Below the pieces are notes generated by a model. That model had not been told where the DNA came from, did no database searches, and saw nothing but the letters and a program-made list of their open reading frames with translations. This document shows, piece by piece, positions 10,801-17,497 of a DNA stretch of 64,000 nt. The translations under genes were made by a program, and so were the position numbers. The first letter of the stretch is position 1. Each line of letters starts with the position of its first letter. This DNA comes from an uncultured Thermodesulfobacteriota bacterium (GTDB lineage: Bacteria; Desulfobacterota; B13-G15): NCBI GenBank assembly GCA_964611295.1, contig CAZSWV010000002.1, forward strand, positions 74,988 to 138,987, given 5' to 3'.

Positions 10801-10981
10801 GTTTTTCCATAAGGTTCAATACTGAAGTAGCCGGAGCCCCTGTTAACAGGCTAAGGCTATCAACAGACACTGGATGCTCAAAATAAAGAAAAGCAGTAAA
10901 TACTTTCTTTTCAGTTGAATCAAAAAGACCCCATAAACGTTTGAATTTTTCAAACTTCTCCATCGGGCAACATTTTGCCAA
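7868..10981 (-). CDS. Sigma-54-dependent transcriptional activator (bEBP) with a wHTH + TPR-like + GAF-like N-terminal region of about 700 aa
   Basis: AAA+ Walker A GETGVGKE, the sigma-54 contact motif GAFTGA, and a C-terminal Fis-type HTH. The N-terminal region is helical-repeat rich. Confidence 0.85.
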   Translation of the reverse strand: MAKCCPMEKFEKFKRLWGLFDSTEKKVFTAFLYFEHPVSVDSLSLLTGAPATSVLNLMEKLRRRGLVVEHKEAGRGLFSLKQPSCLNELRDSIPLEDVADIIEKLINHYKEAMIPYERKTLALADLFKKVLPTIEGLKIIKEAADLLLKSHDKLSSITYYDYILEHFAKHNPKSAEEASLFVDSAIAKAYVLMHRMQPQDQIHLLQKAKELAEMYNFQSKLALICLKLGRAFQDIGWYTEASEYIERFLNLANLLEENEEIKLSSHCLSEYYVWKGKFKEAIACYEKLLNEIEEFEEDENALMATQLIGFSLVLCGRVSRGLGMIEAVKEKAKRLNYSQVVNYCHQAEVISYFSLNRIEDAKKSLENLLNIAQEDLGDILYWGVLIHKAYLETLYENYKEAQALLKKAFQFKSEKRRVLTFYPWLFETLYILERAGYEIPDFNLESLIEQALSYDDLFVKGVALRYRGLKHLEAGDEKALEYFLSSERYLRYSGAQIELSRTWISLGRYFMKKGEIKKAKGYLKKAWEVLSSIDPRLFPEDLVGWVSDDQRVEVTLNRIIKLNEALRTAREIPSFLEKALNVAMDISLAMRGAVLSEEEGEIKVLVSRNKDPYSFNKDKSSINFLDLIRNEYELVLSPRDDLKEPIICMPIKLDAKRSGCLYLEGKIDQEEFSTDTIAFIRMLCAFVSLAVTNLYLQEVSANNMLCVAFNEYTVDNSEQKEKIAIIGESQAIKTIIEQIKQVALTDATVLILGETGVGKELVARTIHNLSDRRNGPFIAVNLAAIPQELIASELFGHEKGAFTGAYERQRGLLELADGGTIFFDEIGDLPLSIQVKLLRVLEEGTFTRLGGAKPIRSNFRIIAATNKNLWEEVKKGTFRQDLYYRLNVFPIYIPPLRERKEDIIPLVNHFLKKFCEKYGKKIKNIPQIELKKLLDYHWPGNVRELKHTIERAVILSNGYSVKFTIGEERPSKGEEVSSPLKALADVEKEHIEKVLQLTGWRISGPKGAATILKVKPSTLRFKMKKLGIKRPSPEGLI

Positions 10982-11022
10982 AAAGAGAAAATTTCGTCAA
11001 TATTTAAAGCAGAACCTTAATT

Positions 11023-12684
11023 TCAAAGGCTAAGCTTAGTGAGTCCTTTCTCCTTGTAGGCGAGATAAGTAAGATATCCACCGCTTAAGTTTTCGGCTTG
11101 GTAACCTTTTTGCATGAGAATACGGCACGCTATGTAACTGCGCAGGCCTTGGGAACAATACACTTTTATCAGTCGGTTTTGTGGCAATTTGTCGAGATTA
11201 AACCGTAAACTTTCTAAAGGAATGTTAACCGCATAAGGGACATGTCCTTTTTTAAATTCTTCTTCACTCCTTACGTCTAACAAAAAATCCCCTGAGTCCA
11301 CGCGATCCCAGTGAGTGACATTTACAATATTTTTTATGATATTCTCTGCAATAAAACCAACCATGTTTATAGGATCTTTAGCACTCCCATAAGGTGGACT
11401 ATAAGCCAAATGTAGATCTTTAAGATCAATTATATTAAGGCCGCCATAAATAGCAGTGGCTATTACATCAATCCTTTTATCCACTCCTATTTGTCCTATC
11501 ATTTGAGCTCCTAGAATTCTTTTGGATTTTTTAGAAAACAGTATTTTCATATGAATTGGAGAAGCTCCTGGGTAATAAGTTGCATGGTCATAAGGATGAA
11601 GGTAAATTTTTTCGTAATCCTCATTGATCAACGGTAAACTACGCTCATTTATACCAGTTGACGCTACTGTGATATTAAAAACTTTCAATATTGATGTTGC
11701 AAGTGTCCCTTTGTAACGCTCTTGTCTTCCACATATGTTGTTTGCAACTACCCTTCCTTGTTTATTGGCAGGACCAGCAAGAGGTATGATCATTTTGCGT
11801 TTTGAAATGAGTTCTTCTGTTTCAATGGCATCACCAACCGCATAAATATCCGGATCGTTAGTCTGAAGAAACTCATTGACTTTTATCCCCCCATTTTCTC
11901 CAATATCTAGACCGGCATCAATCGCAAGTTTGACTTCAGGTTTTATACCAGTGGCCAGAATTACGAAATCGCATTCCTTTTCTTCCCCATCTTCCCAACG
12001 TACAGAGATTTTTTCCCCTTTTTTCTCAAAGGTTAAGACAGGTTGTCCTAGTTTCAGGCTTATTCCCTCTTGTTTAAGGTTTTCTTCCACGTAAAAGGAC
12101 ATTTCTTGATCTAGGTAGGGAAGTACTTGATTAAGGACGTCAGTCAGAGTGACTTCAAGCCCTCTTTTGCGAAAGTTTTCAGCAACTTCTAAGCCTATCG
12201 CTCCAGCCCCTAGTATAATGGTTTGTTTTGCCTTCCGGTAAGCGATGAACCTGTTTATAGCTTCGGCGTCGGGTATAGTTCGTAAAGTAAAAACCCCTTC
12301 TAAGTCTATACCTTTTATAGGTGGGCGGAAAGGTTCAGCTCCTGGTGAAAGTACTAATTTGTCATAACTTTCTCGGTATGTTCTGCCGTTTATCCTATCA
12401 AAAACCTCCACTTGTTTTTGGCTTCTGTCGATCTTTATAACTTCGTGTCCTATTCTCACGTCTACTTTAAAACGTTTCTTAAAGATTTCAGGTGTCATTA
12501 TAATGAGATGCTCCTTTTTGCCGATTACGCCACCCAAATAATAAGGAAGACCACAGTTAGCATAAGATATATATTCACCTCTTTCAAATAAAATGATCTC
12601 CGCTTCTTCGTTAAGACGCCTAAGCCTCGCAGCTACAGAAGCTCCTCCTGCCACACCTCCTACAATTAAAACCTTTAAGCCCAT
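11023..12684 (-). CDS. CoA-disulfide reductase / NADH-dependent persulfide reductase with a C-terminal rhodanese domain
   Basis: Active-site motif YANCGLPYY, two Rossmann motifs, and a C-terminal rhodanese loop VYCSQGLRS. Confidence 0.75.
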   Translation of the reverse strand: MGLKVLIVGGVAGGASVAARLRRLNEEAEIILFERGEYISYANCGLPYYLGGVIGKKEHLIIMTPEIFKKRFKVDVRIGHEVIKIDRSQKQVEVFDRINGRTYRESYDKLVLSPGAEPFRPPIKGIDLEGVFTLRTIPDAEAINRFIAYRKAKQTIILGAGAIGLEVAENFRKRGLEVTLTDVLNQVLPYLDQEMSFYVEENLKQEGISLKLGQPVLTFEKKGEKISVRWEDGEEKECDFVILATGIKPEVKLAIDAGLDIGENGGIKVNEFLQTNDPDIYAVGDAIETEELISKRKMIIPLAGPANKQGRVVANNICGRQERYKGTLATSILKVFNITVASTGINERSLPLINEDYEKIYLHPYDHATYYPGASPIHMKILFSKKSKRILGAQMIGQIGVDKRIDVIATAIYGGLNIIDLKDLHLAYSPPYGSAKDPINMVGFIAENIIKNIVNVTHWDRVDSGDFLLDVRSEEEFKKGHVPYAVNIPLESLRFNLDKLPQNRLIKVYCSQGLRSYIACRILMQKGYQAENLSGGYLTYLAYKEKGLTKLSL

Positions 12685-12711
12685 GTGCTAATCCTCCTAT
12701 AATTAAAAAAT

Positions 12712-12742
12712 AAAAAAGGGCCCTTTTAAGGGCCCATTTTTT
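12712..12742 (-). terminator. Rho-independent terminator downstream of atpE
   Basis: AAAAAAGGGCCC-TTTTAA-GGGCCCATTTTTT: a palindromic GC stem flanked by A and T runs. Confidence 0.6.
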
Positions 12743-12783
12743 AAAAACATAAGGCAAACAAAAATGCCATGGAAGAGTAACAA

Positions 12784-13107
12784 TTATAACTTGAAGACCA
12801 TCAATAAAGCTACAAGAAGTGCATAAATTACTAGAGATTCTATCATTGCAAGGCCTATGATCATAGGGGTAACTATTCTACCTGAGGCAGCAGGATTTCT
12901 AGCAATGCCGTCCAAAGCAGCCGCTATTGCCCTTGCCTGGGAAATGGCTCCCCCTATTGCAGCGATAGCGATGCCAAAACCTGCAGCAAAGGCAATAGCC
13001 CTTTTCACATCTGGGGTTATCCCCGCTACTTCAGGTTCTGCAGCAAAAGCTAAAACCTCCAACAGAAAAAACACCCCTACTCCCACTAACCATCGCCACT
13101 TACCCAT
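12784..13107 (-). CDS. atpE: ATP synthase F0 subunit c
   Basis: Two-helix proteolipid with the loop ARNP and the carboxylate in MIESLVIY. Confidence 0.9.
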   Translation of the reverse strand: MGKWRWLVGVGVFFLLEVLAFAAEPEVAGITPDVKRAIAFAAGFGIAIAAIGGAISQARAIAAALDGIARNPAASGRIVTPMIIGLAMIESLVIYALLVALLMVFKL

Positions 13108-13145
13108 GAACCTACCTCCTTACAAAAAAATTTCTAAAAACATGA

Positions 13146-13868
13146 TCAATGAGATTCCTCTTCCATTTCCCCTATTGCACCTGCAAAATATGCCATAGAG
13201 AGAAGCACAAACACTAACGTTTGGACAATAGCCACAAATACACCTAATAACATCATAGGTAACGGCACAATGATAGGAATTAAACTTGCGACTACCCCTA
13301 CAATAAAATGATCTGCAAAAATATTTCCAAAAAGACGAATAGAGAGAGATATAGGACGGACGATGTGACTTATCATTTCTATAGGAAAGAACAAAGGAGC
13401 AAGCCAAGGTACAGGCCCCATGAAATGTTTTATATATTTCCATCCGTGCTCTTTTATACCATAGTAATGGGTTAATACGAAAACCGTTAAAGCACATGCT
13501 CCTGTGGTGTTTATTGTCTCAGTGGGGGAGTGAAATCCAGGTATTAGTCCCCAAATATTGGAAAAGAATATGAAGAAAGCCAATGCCCCTATTATCATCA
13601 TGAACTCTGGACCTCTTGGCCCCATGTTCTCCTTTACGAACCGAAGTAGATTGTCTACTGTAAGGTCGAAGAAGTTCCTTAAGGTAAGTCGCCCCTCAGG
13701 GACCACGTATTTTTCGGGGTCCTTTAGAAGTTTCCTTCTAGCTATGTAAGCACTTGCTAATAGAACCGAGACTATAAATATGGCATTAGAAACGTGAGGA
13801 GGTAAATCCTTTAGCCCAGGTAAAAAACCTAGGATGTCTTTGCTTCCGTGTGTCACTTCTTGTGACAT
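13146..13868 (-). CDS. atpB: ATP synthase F0 subunit a
   Basis: Polytopic membrane protein with the conserved Arg in LSIRLFGN. Confidence 0.9.
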   Translation of the reverse strand: MSQEVTHGSKDILGFLPGLKDLPPHVSNAIFIVSVLLASAYIARRKLLKDPEKYVVPEGRLTLRNFFDLTVDNLLRFVKENMGPRGPEFMMIIGALAFFIFFSNIWGLIPGFHSPTETINTTGACALTVFVLTHYYGIKEHGWKYIKHFMGPVPWLAPLFFPIEMISHIVRPISLSIRLFGNIFADHFIVGVVASLIPIIVPLPMMLLGVFVAIVQTLVFVLLSMAYFAGAIGEMEEESH

Positions 13869-13887
13869 CTTAGCGTCTCGTAAGTTT

Positions 13888-14241
13888 CTACCTTTTAAAT
13901 GACTTCAAATTTTTAAAACCATAAAGGCCAATTGTCAAGGGAGTACTTAACATACCCATACCAAGCCCAAGGGGATTAACCCATTTTCGTAAAAAAACCA
14001 AGACGAACACAATGGCTGAAATAATCCCCAGGAACTTTATGGAGTACTGTATAACGCTTTTTGCCTTTCTTGCCAAAAAGGCACCTTCGAAGATTTTCCT
14101 AGTCAGATGGAGATTTAACGCCATAACGGCTCCCCCCACAGTAACTCCTAATGTTAAGGATAAAGATTGAAATAGAAGGCTTATGCCGATCAATATTACG
14201 CATATCAAAAGGTTTAATCGTTCTATGTCTTTTGATTCCAA
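13888..14241 (-). CDS. atpI: ATP synthase protein I-like small membrane protein
   Basis: Hydrophobic 117-aa protein immediately upstream of atpB. Confidence 0.6.
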   Translation of the reverse strand: MESKDIERLNLLICVILIGISLLFQSLSLTLGVTVGGAVMALNLHLTRKIFEGAFLARKAKSVIQYSIKFLGIISAIVFVLVFLRKWVNPLGLGMGMLSTPLTIGLYGFKNLKSFKR

Positions 14242-14459
14242 TTTTCTCTCTCCAATTTTTTTAAAGCACGAAAAAGGCCCTTTATTCCCGCTCCCAATCC
14301 AAAGAAAAGAAAGGTGATAGTCAAAAAAGGATATGTATTGAACTTTTTATCCAAAAACCATCCAATGGCAATGCCTACGATAACTGAAAGTGCAAATTCT
14401 AAACCAATTGAGCTATAAAGGATAATATTTTTGAGAGTCTTATCCCTTTTCAAATCCAA
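14223..14459 (-). CDS. AtpZ/AtpI-family small membrane protein (putative F0F1 ATPase accessory subunit)
   Basis: 78 aa with two transmembrane helices, at the head of the atp gene string. Confidence 0.55.
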   Translation of the reverse strand: MDLKRDKTLKNIILYSSIGLEFALSVIVGIAIGWFLDKKFNTYPFLTITFLFFGLGAGIKGLFRALKKLERENWNQKT

Positions 14460-15475
14460 TAATTATCCCTTTCAAGTCTCTCTTCTATATTGATACCGTA
14501 AAAAAGTTCAAGAGGTTCAAATATCTTGGGATTTCTCTCGTATGCTGTTTTTACTGCTTCTTTAACCTTTTTTAGTCCGTTAGGCCCCATTCTTCCAAGG
14601 GGGGGCCTGCATGGCCCAGCTGGTATACCTAAGGCCCGCATAATGGTCTTGATAGGTGTAGGGTTTCTATATTTACACGTAATATTGAATCCCTCAACCT
14701 CCTCTGCGACATTGAAAGATACAATTTCAAAAAGCGGTTTAAGAGATTCGTGAATCTCAAAAGCCCGCTGAAGCTCTCCCTTGCGGGCCATTTCGACCAA
14801 TTCTTTGACCGCTAGTGGTAAAAGGTTAGAAATTACTGAAATTACACCTTGCCCCCTTATATCCGGACGAGTCAAAATTTCCAGTGTTAAACCGTCATCT
14901 CCCGATAATATGTCAAAATCGTTACCGAGAATCCTCCTCGTCTTTGCTATCCTTTCAAGATCAGCACTTGCCTCTTTCACAGACCGTATATTTGGGTATT
15001 TGCGATTCAGTATGTAAAGATCCTCTACAGAAAGTTGAGTACCTGTTCTTGAAGGTATAATATAAGGTGTTAAATTAACATAAGGGAACGTTTTTGCTAT
15101 AACTTCATAATAATTAGTCCGTAATTCAAGTGTTGAAGGTGCATTGTAATAACAATCTATAAGAAGAACAGCTCGGACACCTATTTCGACAGCTTCTTTT
15201 GTCCCTTTAATAGCCTCAGCCGTGGAATTGCTGCCTGTACCTGCCATTACGAGCGCTTTGCCTTTAGCTAGTTCATATACCTCTTTTATAACACGTATAT
15301 GTTCATGCCATTCCAAGGTGGGGGATTCACCCGTTGTGCCGGTTGGGACTAAATGGACCCCACATTCGATTTGATACCTCACGTTTTTCCTAAGGCCTTC
15401 TATGTCCAAGTTACCTTCGGGGGTAAAAGGTGTAACCAAGGCTGTCCAGCACCCCTCTATTCTCTCGAACCCCAT
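14450..15475 (-). CDS. Dihydrodipicolinate synthase / N-acetylneuraminate lyase family aldolase (DapA-like) with a C-terminal extension of about 50 aa
   Basis: GTTGES motif, Tyr in TPYIIPSRTG, and the Schiff-base Lys in VKEAS. Confidence 0.7.
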   Translation of the reverse strand: MGFERIEGCWTALVTPFTPEGNLDIEGLRKNVRYQIECGVHLVPTGTTGESPTLEWHEHIRVIKEVYELAKGKALVMAGTGSNSTAEAIKGTKEAVEIGVRAVLLIDCYYNAPSTLELRTNYYEVIAKTFPYVNLTPYIIPSRTGTQLSVEDLYILNRKYPNIRSVKEASADLERIAKTRRILGNDFDILSGDDGLTLEILTRPDIRGQGVISVISNLLPLAVKELVEMARKGELQRAFEIHESLKPLFEIVSFNVAEEVEGFNITCKYRNPTPIKTIMRALGIPAGPCRPPLGRMGPNGLKKVKEAVKTAYERNPKIFEPLELFYGINIEERLERDNYWI

Positions 15476-15509
15476 CTGGATACTCCCTTTTGAGTTTTCT
15501 TTTGCATTT

Positions 15510-15566
15510 TAAGGAGCTTTTCCCTGAGGGGTCAAGTGAAAGTCCCATATGGGTACTTCCTTCAAG
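15510..15566. promoter_or_regulatory. Nested dyad-symmetry element in a divergent promoter region (candidate operator)
   Basis: Outer inverted repeat GGGTCAAGT...ACTTGACCC enclosing the palindrome AAGTCCCATATGGGTACTT. Confidence 0.4.
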
Positions 15567-15644
15567 GGCCTATCGAACTTGACCCTTAAGTTTCTTTTTT
15601 GATAGCATCAACTTACTCACTTCCATATCTCAACGGAGGTCCAT

Positions 15645-17027
15645 ATGGGAAGGAATCCGTTAAAGATAACGGATACTACCTTCAGAGACGGACACCAATC
15701 GGTAATAGCCACCCGTTTGAAAACTGAAGATATGATCCCTATAGCCCCCAAAATGGACCAAATAGGGTTCCATTCCATGGAAGTATGGGGAGGGGCTACT
15801 TTTGACGTATGCATCCGCTACCTTAACGAAGATCCATGGGAAAGGTTAAGGACCCTCAAGAAGCTTATGCCTAATACTCCTTTACAAATGCTATTAAGGG
15901 GACAGAATTTAGTCGGATATCGTAACTATCCTGATGATGTGGTTAAAGAATTCATATATGAGGCTTCGGAAAGTGGCATTGATATTTTTAGAATATTTGA
16001 CGCTCTAAATGACGAAAGGAACTTAGAAGTTCCTATAAAGACAGTGAAAGAATGTGGAAAACACGCCCAAGCTGTAATATGTTATTCTCTTACAGAAAAA
16101 CGAATGGGAGGTGAAATTTTTACTTTAGAATATTACGTACAAAAAGCCAAAAAATTGCAAGAAATGGGAGCAGATAGCCTATGTATAAAAGACATGGCGG
16201 GTCTTCTCTCTCCTTATGATGCTTATGATCTTGTTAAAGAGTTAAAGAAACACTTGGATATTCCTGTACAACTTCATACTCATTACACTACAGGAATGGG
16301 TTCTATGACTTATCTCAAAGCTTCTGAGGCAGGAGTAGATGTTGTTGATTGTGCTCTTTCGCCTCTTGCCCTTCGTTCCTCACAGCCGGCTGTAGAACCC
16401 TTGTTAGTGTCCCTATACGCTACAGAACGGGATCCAGGTCTTGATCTAAAGTCGATAATAGAGGCCGGGAATTATTTAGAAGAGATACTTAGAACTAAGT
16501 ACAATTCTTTTTTGGATGCGACGAAATTTTCGGTTATAGACGTTCAAGCTTTGGAGCATCAGATACCTGGGGGGATGATCACCAATTTGATTGCCCAGTT
16601 AAAGGAGGCTAAGGCTTTAGAAAGGTTACCCCAGGTTTTGGAAGAGATCCCGCGTACAAGGGCTGATATGGGCTATCCACCTTTGGTGACCCCTACAAGC
16701 CAAATCGTGGGGGTACAGGCGGTATTGAACGTCCTTTTTGGGCGATACAAGATGATCACTCAACAGACTAAGGATTATTTCTACGGCCTTTACGGAAAAC
16801 CCCCTGCTCCGGTTAACCCAGAGGTCCAAAAGCTGGCTCTCAAAGGTTACCCCAGGGGAGAGAAACCTATCGACTGTCGCCCTGCTGATATCCTTGAGCC
16901 CGAGATGGAAAAAGCCCGTCAAGCAGTAAAAGGCTTGGCCAAAAATCGTGGAGATGTTTTGATCTACGCTTTATACCCACAAGTCGGCTTGGAATTCTTG
17001 AAGAAAAAATATGGAATCGAAAAATAA
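15645..17027 (+). CDS. Pyruvate/oxaloacetate carboxyltransferase domain protein (OadA / PycB / transcarboxylase 5S-like) without a biotinyl domain
   Basis: N-terminus ITDTTFRDGHQS with a TIM-barrel carboxyltransferase layout. It ends at 460 aa with no biotin-attachment (AMKM) motif. GGAGG precedes the ATG. Confidence 0.8.
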   Translation: MGRNPLKITDTTFRDGHQSVIATRLKTEDMIPIAPKMDQIGFHSMEVWGGATFDVCIRYLNEDPWERLRTLKKLMPNTPLQMLLRGQNLVGYRNYPDDVVKEFIYEASESGIDIFRIFDALNDERNLEVPIKTVKECGKHAQAVICYSLTEKRMGGEIFTLEYYVQKAKKLQEMGADSLCIKDMAGLLSPYDAYDLVKELKKHLDIPVQLHTHYTTGMGSMTYLKASEAGVDVVDCALSPLALRSSQPAVEPLLVSLYATERDPGLDLKSIIEAGNYLEEILRTKYNSFLDATKFSVIDVQALEHQIPGGMITNLIAQLKEAKALERLPQVLEEIPRTRADMGYPPLVTPTSQIVGVQAVLNVLFGRYKMITQQTKDYFYGLYGKPPAPVNPEVQKLALKGYPRGEKPIDCRPADILEPEMEKARQAVKGLAKNRGDVLIYALYPQVGLEFLKKKYGIEK

Positions 17028-17111
17028 CCTTAAGCTCATCTATCTCATATAAAGAGAGAAAATCCATAAACGCAGAAAAACCTTCCGATTTATGCCTTTG
17101 AACCCCTTCCA

Positions 17112-17300
17112 TCAGGCAGCTTGAGTCATCTTCTTTAACTTCCGACGAAGCTTCCTAATGGCCTTTGCCCGCTTCATCCTTTCGCGTTCGCTCTTACTGA
17201 TAAAGTGCGCATGCTTCTTCAGCTCAGGTTGTACATTTTGTTGAAAATCTCTCTTTAGCCGTTTTAACATCCTTTCGAGATCTTCAAATTCAGCTGCCAT
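17112..17300 (-). CDS. rpsU: 30S ribosomal protein S21
   Basis: 62 aa and very basic, with an S21-like ERERMKRAKAIRKLRRK segment. Confidence 0.7.
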   Translation of the reverse strand: MAAEFEDLERMLKRLKRDFQQNVQPELKKHAHFISKSERERMKRAKAIRKLRRKLKKMTQAA

Positions 17301-17445
17301 TCCCCTTTCACCTCCTACAGGTTCACTTTAAACATTTCAAACAGTACGAATAATATATACCACACTTAAATGGACATCAAGCCCAAAAAGGGGAAACCTA
17401 CCATGGGGTCTTCTTTTTATAGCTGATGTGGTTTTAAAATAAAAA

Positions 17446-17475
17446 GTTGACATTTTTAAAAATTCCGTTTAAAAT
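17446..17475 (+). promoter_or_regulatory. Candidate sigma-70 promoter of katG
   Basis: TTGACA, an 18-nt spacer, then TAAAAT, about 25 nt upstream of the AGGAGG ribosome-binding site. Confidence 0.4.
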
Positions 17476-17497
17476 TAAAAAAACTACAAAAGGAGGC

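Noticed and set aside
15645-17027. Calling the carboxyltransferase oxaloacetate decarboxylase alpha subunit (Na+ pump).
   Set aside because: No oadB/oadG membrane subunit genes and no biotinyl domain are present, so only the generic carboxyltransferase assignment is supported.
17447-17497. The upstream in-frame extension of katG ([17 protein letters not shown]).
   Set aside because: AGGAGG immediately precedes the ATGATG at 17498. The extension overlaps the predicted promoter and has no ribosome-binding site.
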